A stretch of 64,000 nucleotides of DNA. It comes from Octopus sinensis (Eukaryota). The stretch covers positions 43,772,001 through 43,836,000 of the forward strand of contig NC_043013.1 of assembly GCF_006345805.1 (NCBI RefSeq), in the 5' to 3' direction. Each line of letters starts with the position of its first letter. The stretch's first letter is position 1. Below, in pieces: positions 23,790 to 36,919 of the stretch. Under the pieces are notes generated by a model. The model was not told the origin of the DNA, did not search any database, and saw only the letters and a program-made list of their open reading frames with translations. A program made the position numbers and the translations under genes.

Positions 23790-24207
23790 TATTTTCTTAT
23801 TTCTTTATTACCCGCAAGGGGCTAAACATAGAGGGGACAAACAAGGACAGACAAAGGGATTAAGTCGATTACATCTACTCCAGTACGTAACTGGTACTTA
23901 ATTTATCGACCCCGAAAGGATGAAAGGCAGTCGACCTCGGCGGAATTTGAACTCAGAACATAAAGACAAACAAAATACCTATTTCTTCACTATCCACAAA
24001 GGGCTAAACACAGAGAGGACAAACAAGGACAGACAAACGGATTGAGTCGATTATATCGACCCCATTGCGTAACTGGTACTTAATTTATCCACCCCGAAAG
24101 TATGAAAGGCAAAGTCGACCTCGGCGGAATTTGAACTCAGAACGTAGCGGCAGACGATATACGGCTACGCATTTCGCCCGGCGTGCTAACGTTTCTGCCA
24201 GCTCGCC
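23790..24207 (-). mobile_element. SINE family C, dimeric form
   Basis: Same dimer junction as 13838-14254. Confidence 0.9.
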
Positions 24208-24623
24208 ATCTTTATTTCCTGGTATATTGCCATCCGGAGTAAACAAGCAAGCATTTCTTTATCAGAAACAATTTAAAACTTAAAAAAACACAATAGTGAG
24301 AAACATTCGTAGCAGTGTTTCGGTGTGTCATTAGACTTCAATTAACAATAAAACAACCAAGAATAAAAAAAAATGAATAAACAAAAATAAAATACAAAAA
24401 ACAAAGGTAATGGTTATTCTAGAAAACCCGCTCCGCTTGGCTATAAACAAAAGCTGGCTGTGATACACGAGAAAGTATGTGGTGGTTATTGTCCGGAAGA
24501 AAATAGAAATGGAAACAAAACAACACTTGTGTTAAAATATTAAGTCTATAATACGCCTCATGGACGCACTCACGCGCGCACATGTATACATATGTAAATG
24601 TATATGAATATATCCATGGATAC

Positions 24624-24638
24624 GTAGTGGTGGTGGTG

Positions 24639-24707
<69 letters not shown>

Positions 24708-25072
24708 ATGGTAGTAGTAGTAGTAGTAGTGATGGCAGTAGTAGTAGTGTTGGTGGTGGTGATGGTAGTAGTAGTGGTGGTGGTGGTGGTAGTAGTAGTA
24801 CTAGTAGCAGTAGTGGTGGTGGCGGTGGTAGTAGTAGTAGTGTTTGTAGTAGTAGTAGTTGTAGTAATAGTGGTGGTGATGGTAGTAGTAGTGTTGTTTG
24901 TGGTGGTGGTGGTGGTGGTAGTAGTAGTGTTGTTGTTGGTGGTGGTGATGGTAGTAGTAGTAGTGTTGGTGGTGGTGATGGTAGTAGTATTAGTGTTGTT
25001 GGTGGTGGTGGTGGTAGTAGTGGTAGTAGTGGTAGTAGTAGTAGCAGTAGTAGCAGTAGTAGCAGCAGCAGC

Positions 25073-25108
<36 letters not shown>
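24624..25108. repeat. (GTA)n/(GTG)n trinucleotide microsatellite, about 485 bp
   Basis: Direct inspection. Confidence 0.98.
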
Positions 25109-25110
<2 letters not shown>

Positions 25111-25350
25111 AAACAGAAGCAGCATTTCCCCACCTCCAGCCCGATCAATTGTGCTGAGATGCACACTGCCAGAGCTAGGTGCAGACGAACGACATCTGTT
25201 GCGCACCTAGTCTAACTAGTTCATCAAAGTGCAACAGAAGAACATTGCATAATTGCCATGGAAAAATCGATGCGATTACTGCTGTAGCGTGCTATAAACT
25301 TTCGCACAAATCGAGTTTGAGGTTCGGGTTCGATTCCCGATAGTCGACTT

Positions 25351-25572
25351 TTGTTCTCTTTATTCTTTTACTTGTTTCTTTCAGTCATTTGGCCGAGGCC
25401 ATGCTGGAGCACACCGCCTTTAGTCGAGCAAACCGACCCCAGGACTTATTCATTTGTAAGCCTAGTACTTGTTCTATCGGTGTCTTTTGCCGAACCGCTA
25501 AGTTACGGGGACATAAACATACCAGCATCGGTTGTCAAGCGATGTTGGGGGGACAAACACAGACACACACAA

Positions 25573-25607
<35 letters not shown>

Positions 25608-25778
25608 CATATATACGACGGGCTTCTTTCAGTTTCCGCCTACCAAATCCACACACAAGGCTTTAGTCGGCCCGAGGCCATAGTAGAAGTCACTTGCCCA
25701 AGGTGCCATGTAGTGGGACTGAACCCGGAACCATGTGGTTGGTAAGCAAGCTACTTACCACACAGCCACTCCTGCGCC
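25351..25778 (-). mobile_element. SINE family A, full length
   Basis: Complete reverse-complement match to the consensus. Confidence 0.92.
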
Positions 25779-25809
25779 TCCTATTTTGATATTTTCACTA
25801 ATGCCTGGG

Positions 25810-26260
25810 TAGTTAAGAAGCTTGTATTGGAACCACGTTATTTTCAGTTCGATCCCACTGGGCAGTACCTTGGCCAAAGTCTTCTGCTACGGCCTCGGAT
25901 AGACCAATGCTTTGTGAGTGGATCTGGTCGGCAGAAACTACGTGGAATCCCGTTATGTGTGTGTGTGTTTGCATTTACATATAAATACAGATATACGTAT
26001 CTATATATGTACTTATACGTGCGTATGTGTTTGTGTGTGTATGTGTGTTTGTGTTTGTCCCCCTAATATTGCTTAACAACCGTTGTTGGTTTGTTTACGC
26101 CTTTGCAATGTTAGCAGTTCGGCAAAAGAAAAAACCGATTGAATAAGTACCAGATTTATAAAAAAACATGGACTGTAGTCGATTTGTTCGACTGAACTCT
26201 TCGAGGTGGTGCTCCAGCTTGGCCGTAGTCCAACGAATGAAACAAGTAAAAGATAAAATA
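25810..26260 (+). mobile_element. SINE family A, old diverged copy
   Basis: Degenerate head, microsatellite middle and tail. Confidence 0.75.
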
Positions 26261-26287
26261 TATGTATTTTAATAATAATCATTAGTA

Positions 26288-26778
26288 GGCGTAGGAGTGA
26301 CTGTGTGGTAAGTAGCTTGCTTACCAGCCACATGGTTCTGGGTTCTGTGGGCCGTCCGGAGCAGCCCTTGAGCTTGCCCCTCTTTTACAGTTGACCTAAA
26401 AGTACTGCCCACATGGTTCCGGATTCAGTCCACTGCGTGACACCTGGGGCAAGTGTCTTCTACTATAGCCTCGGGCCGACCAAAGCCTTGTGAGTGGATT
26501 TGGTAGACGGAAACTGAAAGAAGCCCGTCGTATATATATATGTATATATATGTGTATGTGTGTGTGTGTATATGTTTGCGTGTCTGTGTTTGTCCTCACA
26601 ACATCGCTTGACGTCCGGTGCTGGTGTGTTTACGTCCCCCGTAACTTGGCGGTTCGGCAAAAGCGACCGATAGAATAAGTACTAGGCTTACAAAGAATAA
26701 GTCCTGAGGTCGATTTGCTCGACTAAAGGCAGTGCTCCAGCATGGCCGCAGTCAAATGACTGAAACAAGTAAAAGAAT
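26288..26778 (+). mobile_element. SINE family A carrying an extra GC-rich module (26347-26412)
   Basis: The module also occurs at 48218-48308. Confidence 0.9.
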
Positions 26779-27009
26779 ATGATTAATCAGTACTGATCTG
26801 GAGCTGAACAGCGACAGCAACAACAGCTGCAACAACACAAAAGCAACATTTCAAAACACAAATCAATAGGAAGCGGGTCCTCCGCGGTCGTTTGACCTGT
26901 TAGAAATAAACACCATAAAAAGTAAGGGCACATGAGATAATGAAGTCCTAGATACACTATGCTTGAAAGAAAAAAGACGCAGAAAGTTAACGAACTGATA
27001 GAAACGTTA

Positions 27010-27425
27010 AGGCGGCGAGCTGGCAGAAATCGTTAGCACGCCGGCGAAATGTGTAGCCGTATTTCGTCTGCCGCTACGTTCTGAGTTCAAATTCCGCCGA
27101 GGTCGACTTTGCCTTTCATCGTTTCGGGGTCGATAAACTAAGTACCAGTTACGCACTGGGGTTGATGTAATCGACTTAATCCCTTTGTCTGTCCTTGTTT
27201 GCCCCCTCTGTGTTTGGCCCCTTTTGGGTAGTAAAGAAATAGGTATTTCGTCTGCCGCTAAGTTCTGAGTTCAAATTCCGGCGAGGTCGACTTTGCCTTT
27301 CATCCTTTCGGGGTCGATAAATTAAGTACCAGTTACACACTGGCGTCGATGTAATCGACTTAATCCCTTTGTCTGTCTTTGTGTGTCCCCTCTGTGTGTA
27401 GCCCCTTGTGTGCAGTAAAGAAATA
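27010..27425 (+). mobile_element. SINE family C, dimeric form
   Basis: Same dimer junction. Confidence 0.92.
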
Positions 27426-27439
27426 AGAAACGTTAGCGA

Positions 27440-27660
27440 GTCGGACAAAATGCTTCTTTCTTTTTCTTGTTTTACTCATTAAAGTGCGGCCATGCTGGGG
27501 CACGCCTTGAGGAATTTTAGTCGAACGAATCGACTCCTGTACTTTCATTTTTGTAAAGCCTTGTACTTTTTCTCTCTGTCGTCTCTTTCGCCGAACCGCT
27601 ACGTTACGGGGACGTAAACGCACCAACAGCTGTTGTCAAGCGGTACTGGTGACAAACATG
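27440..27660 (-). mobile_element. SINE family A, 3' half
   Basis: Reverse complement of the family tail. Confidence 0.75.
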
Positions 27661-27666
27661 TTCCTA

Positions 27667-27704
<38 letters not shown>

Positions 27705-28096
27705 ACACACACACACACACAGCTCTTTATGTTCGGGGTTTAAATCCAGCCGCGGTCGACTTTGCCTTTCATCGTTAAGTATCACTGAAGAACACGACTT
27801 GCCCTTCCCCACTTTCTTTGAATTTGTTAGCCTTGTGCTAAAATTAGAAACAATTGCAGGTCTGTTTAGCCTAGGGCTAAACAATAACAAGGACAGTCAT
27901 ATAACAATAACCACAACAACAAAAGTAACATTCCAAATTGTTAATTGTTTGCACACATTTAGCTTGATTAGCAATTATTATTGCTGCTGCTGCTGCTGCT
28001 GCTACTTTCGTCAGTTTTGGGAATGAGAGACGGTAAGTTCGATGGAGCTCTTGTTCCTCCATTGTCTGGAATTGACAAATGCTTTGATGTGTGTGA

Positions 28097-28099
<3 letters not shown>

Positions 28100-28130
<31 letters not shown>

Positions 28131-28480
28131 GAGAGAGAGAACGAGGGAGAGAGAGAAAGAGAAAGAGAGCGAGAGAGAGAGAGAAAGAGAAAGAAAGCGA
28201 GGGAGAGAGAAAGAGAAAGAGAGCGAGGGAGAGAGAGTGAAAGAGAAAGAGAGGAAGAGAAAGAGAGCGAGGGAGAGAGAGAGAAAGAGAAAGAGAGGAA
28301 GAGAAAGAGAGCGAGGGAGAGAGAGAGAAAGAGAAAGAGAGGAAGAGAAAGAGAGCGAGGGAGAGAGAGAGAAAGAGAAAAAGGGCGAGGGAGAGAGAGT
28401 GAAAGAGAGAGAAAGAGAAAGAGAGCGAGGGAGGGAGAGAGAAAGAGAAAGAGAGCGAGGGAGAGAGAGAGAGAGAGAAA
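28100..28480. repeat. Purine-only (GA)-rich compound satellite with higher-order ~42-bp units
   Basis: GAGAAAGAGAAAGAGAGGAAGAGAAAGAGAGCGAGGGAGAGA-type units. Confidence 0.95.
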
Positions 28481-29737
28481 AGGAGGACTGTTCCATGGGA
28501 CGTAGGCATCGCCGAGTGGTTAAGAAGCGCACTTCATAACCGGGAAGTTTCGGTTTCGATCCCACTGCATGACTTTTTTATTTATTTATTTATTTATTTA
28601 TTACCATAACCTCGAGTCGACCCATACTTTATGAGTGAAACTGGGTTGGCGGAAACTATGTGGAAGCGCGTCGTATGGACTGTACTTGTAATTCAAAAGG
28701 CCGAGTTTGTCATACGCTCTGTCGGAGAATTACATTAAGCAAACACGTCTATAATATAGTCAGCCTTTAAATTTATATAATTCAAGGAGTAAGCAGTTCA
28801 GTGGATCGATCAACTCGAATACTCATTGTCGAAACCGATGGAGATCCATTTATTTATTTTTTTAAATCGTTTGATTTTTACTGCTTACTTGTTTCAGTAA
28901 AGGCAATCATTTTGGGGACACGGTCTTGAATTTAGTCGAACAAATTGACCTCAGTACTTATTTATTTATTGTATCCTTCTCTACTTTGGATATACAGATT
29001 TTACGAAGTGGGAATAGGCACAACTGTTTTCACACGACGTAGTTCGAATTACTTCACTAAACACCTCAACGACCTCCTACGACTCCCACAAACTGTCAAC
29101 AACTCCTACCACTATTCTCCCTGTCTCAACGAATACGCTACTTTTTTATAAGAGTTCGGCCAGTCCATTCTTCCAATCCCACAGGGTTGTCAATGGCTCC
29201 TTTCTTTATTGTAGCCACAAGGGTTCAACATAGAGGACGGACAAACAAAAACAGACGGGACACCACAGAGGGGACAATACATAGAACGAATATGAATGAA
29301 ATGATTATATAATAATGAAATTATGAATGGTTGCATGCGCCCCTCATCATATGCAGTACCATTAATCTTGTTTACAGTCCATTATTATCGGATATTTACA
29401 TAACAATTAATTAACATGTAACATACCATTGCAAGTCGCCAATCCGTGTATACTCCAGCGGTCCACATGGAATTCCTGACGCATTGTCTTTCCAATAAAA
29501 AGTCTTATTACTCGCTATCCATTGATTGAGGGCTATCTAAAAGACAGTCCTTTATTAACGGTATCACGTCATCCCAGTCGATTACTGGTTCCAACTTTTC
29601 AAACTCGACTTCAAACTATACCTTTCACAGCGTTGTCAATGACTCTCGCCACAACATCTTCTCCTTTGAGATTGACTTCCGCTCGAAGTTAATATCATTA
29701 TTATTTTTATTTATTTATTTTTTTCTCCTAAGGAAGT

Positions 29738-30757
29738 TTAATATTTCTTCCTTTTAGACACTACTTTCAACCGCTCTGTTTGTATCCTCTTTCTTGTGCT
29801 GCTACTCCTAGGTTCGACTCCTTGTGGCGTCGGAACATCAAAGGTGTCGTAGAGCATTTCCGTGGGTATCTCTTTCCTTTTTTTCCGTATATCTATTTTT
29901 TAGCTAGTGTAAATGCCTTTTGTGTTCCCATTTTCCGCCTCTTATATACGTCATTTTGCCTATTCTTTTTGTTACTACTCCGTCTTCCCAACCTTCTCTT
30001 CCATTTTTATATATTTTGAAAAACACCTTGTCACCGATATCAAAATACTATGTCGTATTTTTAGTGTTTTCCCTATTTATTTTTCTTACTGATAACAACT
30101 TGTCAAAAATTTTTCGATCAAATATTAGTTCCACTGGCGACTTGCCTTAACAAGTGTTTGGGTTTAGTGCTATCCTATGAACCCTCGAGAATTGCGTCAA
30201 TGCTGTGTCATCGACTAGCTCGTTTCTTGATTTTTTAATGCTCTTTAAAATGTATCTACGAACCGTTCCGTTTGCTCTTTTGATCTTGGATGATATGGCG
30301 GAATAGAGATGTGTACAATTACGTACGTTTTTCAAAAACTTTTAAACTTATACACCGTAAACTGCGTACTGTTATCTGAAACTATGGTGTCCGGGACACC
30401 TTATCTTGCATATTTCCGGCCACTTAATATAACTATCTATTACAATCAGGTAATACGCACCATTTATTGGTCCAACAAAATCTATATGAGACCATGGACT
30501 GTCAGTTTTAGGCCACTGTTGGAATTTATCGGTAGTGACTTTGTTGCAAGGACACAACCTCTGTAGGATTTCACCGACTCTTCAATGTCACGATCCATTG
30601 TAGGCCAATGTACGTAACTTCTCATAAGTGCTTTCATTCTTGAAATTCCTGGGTGACCAATATGAAATTCTTTTAACAACCGCTTTTGTAGTGCGATTGG
30701 CACTACGACTCTTTGTGCCTACATCAGGAGGTAGTTGCGGTGGTGGTAATTGGTGAG
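29738..30757 (-). mobile_element. Decayed Ty3/gypsy integrase
   Basis: RVVVPIALQKRLLKEFHIGHPGISRMKALMRSYVHWP; PWS..HIDFVGP; PDTIVSDN; PPYHPRSKEQTERFVDT; C-terminus FDIGDKVFFKIY...WEDGVV. Confidence 0.9.
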
Positions 30758-31335
30758 TGTTGCATAGCCTTAGTTCGGTTCGGCTGAGCAGATCTATTAT
30801 CAAAGGTTCTCTAACTACGACCATCCCATCTTTGTGTATAGTATATCCTGGACAATATTCTCCAATGTTTCCTTTTCTTTTAAGAGGGAATCTGGCGACC
30901 GTGTTTGGCGGGTCAATCCACCCTGCAGAGACTCCTTCGTTGGCGCCTAAACACAACTTGTCGTTATTACTTAGTCTCAAGTGAACTCTGATCGAGCAGT
31001 TCTTTATTCAAAGTCTCCCCTAGTACTATTATCATGCCTCTTGTATACCAGGGTTTATACTGCTGTATGCATAGTTCGCCCGTCGTTTAAGGTTGTGGAA
31101 TGTTATCTGCGGACAGAGCGAGAAAACAAGGCTGATAAGAAGATGGAGAGGGATGAGAGAATCAGAAAGCTGAAGTGCGGGGTGAACGAAGAGAGAAGAA
31201 GCTGAGAAGCAGAAAGAATAAGTTGAGAAAACCAACATCGCTGAAAAGGGCGAAGTGTTCAAGTATAGAGGAAGAAAGAAAGCATTAAGTAAATGGGGCA
31301 GGAAGCAAAAAGCAATGGCGCCAACGATAGCTACT
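30758..31335 (-). mobile_element. LTR-like segment adjoining the integrase relic
   Basis: TGTTGC at the left end and GCTAC(T) at the right; TATAAA and AATAAA on the minus strand; no TSD found, boundaries uncertain. Confidence 0.45.
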
Positions 31336-31432
31336 TAAGTATAAAGGTATCCGTAGATTTTGCTAATGTGAAATTCAGCTCCATATCAGCTTCAACGAAC
31401 ACATGGAATCTAATAACATTGATGTAAACATA

Positions 31433-31609
31433 GGCGCAGGAGTGGCTGTGTATTAAGTAGCTTGCTAACAAACCACATGGTTCCGGGTTCAGTCCCACTG
31501 CGTGGCATCTTGGGCAAGTGTCTTCTGCTATAGCCCCGGGCTGACCAATGCCTTGTGAGTGGATTTGGTAGACGGAAACTGAAAGAAGCCTGTCGTATAT
31601 ATGTTTATA

Positions 31610-31708
<99 letters not shown>

Positions 31709-31925
31709 ATGTGTTTGTGTGTCTGTGTTTGTCTCCCTAGCATTCCTTGACAACCGATGCTGGTGTGTTTACGTTCCCGTCACCTAGCGGTTCGGCAAAA
31801 GAGACCGATAGAATAAGTACTGGGCTTACAAAGAATAAGTCCCGGGGTCAATTAGCTCGACTAAAGGCGATGCTCCAGCATGGCCACAGTCAAATGACTG
31901 AAACAAGTAAAAGAGTAAAAGAGAG
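31433..31925 (+). mobile_element. SINE family A, full length, with a long internal (TA)n
   Basis: Consensus match. Confidence 0.93.
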
Positions 31926-32344
31926 AGTATGACGATATGGATATACATAGAAGAAAAAACGTCCTTCTAATCTTTTCCCTTAGTAAAATAGGAAAACTCT
32001 CATCGTCTCTATAAAGGCGACCATTTCGCTGAAGTAATGAACTAACTCACCTGTTAGTTCAGTCACCTACTCTGAAGATAAACAATTAAAATTGTAAAAC
32101 AAGCGAGAAAGATAATTGTATATTGGCAGACTATTTTGTTCGACATGGAGCTGAAACGTAGTCGATTAGTTTTGTTAGACAGTGACTGATCTGAGAATAC
32201 TCAGCAACAACGAGGTTTATTGCATCTGTGCCCCGACCTGCTAGATATAGCAGTTAAATTTCACTTCAGTCTCACACTGCTGTCATACATTAGTAAAAAA
32301 AAAACACATTGTACAGTGTAATCCTAAATAAAGAAACACAAAAA

Positions 32345-32408
<64 letters not shown>

Positions 32409-32729
32409 CGTGTGCGTGTGCGTGCGCGTGTGTGGATCTGTGAACTGGCGAGAAGGCGAGGGTTGTTTATGGTTATTACAGCTCAAACCTCACATCTAGT
32501 TATTCGAATTTAACGGTCAAACTAAAAACGTTTTCTAATACTTTCAGGAGAAAATAATACGTATAAATCGACGGCCTTTAAATCCCAAATTGTCTTAAGT
32601 ATAAGTTCCTAATGAGAGGATTGCAGAAGGGAATTTGGGGATCTGTGAGTAAGTCCCATTTTTTTCTGTTTTTTTTTTCTCTCTTGTATGCCAAATTTCA
32701 GAACACTCTTTTTAAGAATCTTCCATATA

Positions 32730-33120
32730 TAGGCGCAGGTATAGCTTTATGGTAAGTAGTTTGCTTTCCAACCACACCATTTCAGAATCGGCCTCACTTT
32801 GTGGTACCTTGGGCAAGTATATTCTACCATAGTTGCCGACCAAAGCCTTGCGAGAGCATTTGGTAGATGAAAGAAACTGAAAGAAGCTCATCGTATATGT
32901 GTGGTGCGCGTGCGTGCGTCTTTGACCGCTATCACCACATGACAACCGACGTTGGTTTATTTACGTCTCCGAAACCTAAAAGTTAGGCAAAAGATTCCGT
33001 TAGAATAAGTACCAAACTTTAAAAAATAAGTACTGGGGTCAATGCGTTTGACTAAACCCTTCGAAGTGGTGTCCCCAGCATGGCTGCAGTCCAATGACAG
33101 AAGCAAGTAGACAAGAGAAA
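32730..33120 (+). mobile_element. SINE family A, diverged copy
   Basis: Degenerate match. Confidence 0.75.
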
Positions 33121-33176
33121 CGAGATGTACCGGATGGCATATCGTTACCGCCTTCTTTCCAAAAATTAGAAACATG

Positions 33177-33599
33177 GGATCTTTTCGGTTTGATTGGCAG
33201 TTTTTTCTAGCGGTGTCATATGAAATTGTCACCCATAATTGTGACCCTGGTATCGATCTATTGCATTTCAATCTGTTTTAGGGTTAGGGTTAGGGTTAGG
33301 GGTGGTGTTTAGGGTTTTTTTTCTTCACAAATGTAAATAAACCCAATCTGTTTCTTAAACGAGGGACATATTCATACGGCACAGAATGTTTTTTTTACTT
33401 CAACAGACGTCATTGATTGGTTGAAATTGCAGAAATTGAAGAAAAAACAACAAATATCTTACGAACTATAGAATTTTCTCAATAAAGCCAAGAGAAAAAG
33501 ATGTTTTACAAACACATTCTACCAGTATACGAAGTTTAAAAATATTTAGTTACGTGGAAATTATTAAAAAAAAAACTGCCGGTCAAACCGAAAAGATCC
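33177..33599. mobile_element. GGATC-terminal MITE (same family as 7976-8370, opposite orientation) containing (TTAGGG)4
   Basis: TIRs; perfect 8-bp TSD GAAACATG at 33169-33176 and 33600-33607. Confidence 0.92.
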
Positions 33600-33912
33600 G
33601 AAACATGATTCGCAGAGGCGTTCCCAGTAGTTGAGGTTTTACTTTTATTTGCTTTATGGTTTTAGCTCCCCACCCCACTTAACTTTTAGTGGGTAAGGCT
33701 TGGTGTACTAGGCGATCATACTTGTGTGCTGAAGTCCAACCTACTTAAAACAAGAGCTTTAAGTGCTTTCAAAGTGTCTGCATCGCTGTCAGGTTTCTCA
33801 AAATAAATGTTCTCAGTACCCAAACGTAGAAGTCTTGGACAAATTGTCGGCAATTTGTAACTGTGTCGAAAAGACATGCATTTTCAGGCTTAGTTATTTC
33901 CAGTTCGTGAAC

Positions 33913-34292
33913 GTGCAGGAGTGGCTGTGTGGTAAGTAGCTTGCTTACGAACCACATGGTTCCGGGTTCATTCCCACTGCGTGGCACCTTGGGCAAGTGA
34001 CTTCTACTATAGCCTTATGAGTGGATTTGGTAAACATAAACTGAAAGAAGCCCGTTGTATGTGTGTGTGTGTGTGTATGTGTGTGTGTGTGTTTGTGTTT
34101 GTCACCCCAACGTCGCTTGACAACCGATGCTGGTGTGTTTACGTCCCCGTAACTTAGCGGTTCGGCAAAAGAGACCGATAGAATAAGTACTGGGCTTACA
34201 AAGAATAAGTCCTGGGGTCGATCTACTCGACTAAAGGTGGTGCTCCAGCATGGCCGCAGTCAAATGATTGAAACAAGTAAAAGAGCAAAAGA
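33913..34292 (+). mobile_element. SINE family A, full length
   Basis: Consensus match. Confidence 0.93.
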
Positions 34293-34296
34293 AGGC

Positions 34297-34904
34297 TGTA
34301 ATCTGGTTTGGTAGGAACCCAGTAAAGAAATACATGGAACAAAGGTGACAACTTTAAATACGTTTATTGTAGTCACACGTATATATACACAAGCTGAATG
34401 GAAGTGGTTGATGGACATTTATTCATATATCTGCAAGCATCTAAGTGGGTTGTATGTTAGCTGTTAACCCTGGTGTAAAGCTCACGAACAGCGATATGTT
34501 AGAACCAGTGCAATGTGTTGGTGCTGTGTAGATGCTGGCGACGTCGGTCAGAGACCTCATGGTCGCGACGATGATGGAGGTCGCTGTAATGTGGTCAGTG
34601 GTTAGACCTTAGAAGGTCGGGAACCAACGCACGTTGAGACTAGATGTAGGTGAGCTTTTATAGCTGACGGTAGGCTCAAATGCTTGTTTGGTACAGACTG
34701 TCTCACGTGACTTATTTAAAGGTTGCGATTGATTGGGTTGTATATTGGCGCGCGATAGAGTAAAAGACAAATTGCGCCAATACCAACCAACCAACCAGAG
34801 TGGTAGACACACCGGGGTTCAAAACAGCGGCCACAGGTTAGCTGCTACCTGCTACGTTCGTAAGTGTGTAATATAAGAGAGGAAGCTCACTAGAGTTCGC
34901 TACA
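34297..34904 (-). mobile_element. Probable solo LTR
   Basis: Minus strand runs TGTAGCG...GATTACA, with CCAAT boxes, CACGTG, TATAAAAG and two AATAAA in LTR order; no TSD found. Confidence 0.6.
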
Positions 34905-35718
34905 CATCTATGACTACATTATCTGATGGGTTCTTCAATTTCTAAGATGGCACGGTGTGAATTGAAAGAGATTTAGTTGTTATTTCTAGTCGGTCGAATG
35001 ACCGCAGGGAGGCTTTTTTACTGGCTTCACTTATAAAAAATTATTTGCAAACGTACCTTTTTAATTGTGGTTCTAAACATATTCTTTATTGGATTTCTTC
35101 TTTTATCCATTGTACATTTATAAATAGGTAACTAATTATCGTTGTTTTAATGGCTTTGTGACAAAATAAAGCTGAAAAACAACAACGCTTTTAAAAATAG
35201 TAATTGTTGATAACTCAATAGAAGCGATTTTGCTTTGGCTTTTAATAAATTTAACCTGAGAACGTCTATTATTATAAACACACAAATCTCTGTATTAGCT
35301 GCGATAAAATAGAAGAATTAGTTTTGTAACTATGTATTACGATTTACAAAATGCTTGAGGATTTTTACTTGCAATTACAATATTCCAAGCATTTTACTGA
35401 ATATTAGTTTAATTAAACTCAGAGAACATTAAATGGCTAACTAGAAACAATTATGTAAGGAAAAAGATAAAAACAAAAAGAATATTTTTTTCTAATGTAA
35501 TGATTAGAGAGTATCACTAAGTAAATGTTCAAGGTTACACTGGTTGATGTAAAAAAAAAGTAAAAATGAGATTGCTTAGAGATGTTTTTAGAAACTGGTG
35601 TAGCGGATTGTAAAAACGCTGTCGCTACACAGACATGGCTGTGTAGTACACAGACATGGCTGTGTAGTCAAGAAGATGCTTTGCAGCCATATAGCAACGG
35701 GTTCAGTTCTACTGTGTG

Positions 35719-36025
35719 GTGGAGGCACATGGCCTAGTGGTTAGAGCAGCGGACTCGCAGTCGAAGGATCACGGGTTCGAATCTCAGACCGGGCGATGTG
35801 TGTGTGTTTATGAGCGAAACACCTAAGCTCCACGCGGCTCCGGCAGAAGGTAATGGCGAACTTCTGCTGACTCTTTCGCCACAATTTTCTCTCACTCTTT
35901 CCTCTTGTATCTTGCAGCTCACCTGCGACGGACCGGCGTCCCATCCAAGTGGGGAACCTATACGCCAAGGAAACCGGGAAACCGGCCCTAATGAGCCTGG
36001 CATGGCTCGAGAAGGAACAAACAAC
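35719..36025 (+). mobile_element. SINE family B, variant with a type 1-like tail
   Basis: GTGGAGGCACATGGCCTAGTGG head; truncated sister copy at 61487-61712. Confidence 0.9.
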
Positions 36026-36044
36026 TACTGCGTGACATCTTGGG

Positions 36045-36212
36045 GCCAGTCGATTAGATCGACCCCGGTACGCAACTGGTATTTAATTTATCGACCCCGA
36101 AAAGACGAAAGGCTATGTCGACCTCGGCGGAATTTGAACTCAGAACGTAAAGATAGACGAAATACTGCTAAGCATTTCGCCTGGCGTGCTAGCGTCTCTG
36201 CCAACTCGCCAC
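36045..36212 (-). mobile_element. SINE family C, partial
   Basis: Reverse-complement match. Confidence 0.85.
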
Positions 36213-36919
36213 CTTATTGGTGAGGAATAATAACACACACACACACACACATACATACATACATACATACATACATGTATGTGTGTGTGTGTGTGTGTGT
36301 GTGTTCGGTGGGCTTTTTTTCAGTTTCTTTCAACTATATCAACACTTTCGAGGCTTTGGTTGGCTTGAGGTTATCGTAGTAGACAGTAGACCATGGTGGC
36401 GTGCAGTGAGACTGAACCCAGAACCATGTGGTTGGGAAGCAAACGTCTGTGAAACCTACATGTGTGCGCCCTACTCTCACTCCAACTTTGTTTCCTCATT
36501 ACTTTTCAGAGAAATAAATATTGTTTTAATGAAATTTTCCACACGTAGATTTCAGATAGTATAGATTGCGATTTTATCAGAATTTGATGTACACCCAAGT
36601 ACCTCAATTTCATCTGCTTATTACCTCAGTCTACTCGAGAAATCAAGGTAGAATGAGGTATTTCTGCCTCTTGTCCCAATTTATATTCCTGTATGTTATA
36701 TTTTAATAATTACTGGCATCTTTATATATTAATATATTTTATATGTAAAGCATAATGTTATACATGTATGTATATTCTTGTAATTGTCATTTTAGTAAAT
36801 AAATAAATAAATAAATAAGTTGACATAATATAATGTCTAAAAGTTGATGAACCACCTAATGATCCCCTCCATTTTCTTATTGCTCTCCCTCTCTCTCTCT
36901 CTCTATCTATCAGTGTCCG

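Noticed and set aside
24532-25206. 224-aa and 191-aa poly-L/P and poly-V ORFs
   Set aside because: These are translations of a (GTA/GTG)n trinucleotide tract.
27877-28565. 174-210-aa RE/SL-repeat ORFs
   Set aside because: These are translations of a (GA)n satellite.
28990-29700. Very decayed CR1-like RT remnant
   Set aside because: Only faint motif echoes; it cannot be supported without a profile search.
32070-32125. CTGAAGA followed by a hairpin as a hammerhead
   Set aside because: No correctly placed GAAA, helix III or helix I partner.
33278-33301. Telomere or chromosome-fusion site
   Set aside because: Only four units, inside a TIR/TSD-bounded MITE.
34292-34909. TSD around the solo LTR-like element
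   Set aside because: The flanks (AAGGC versus CATCT) do not match, so the exact ends are unproven.
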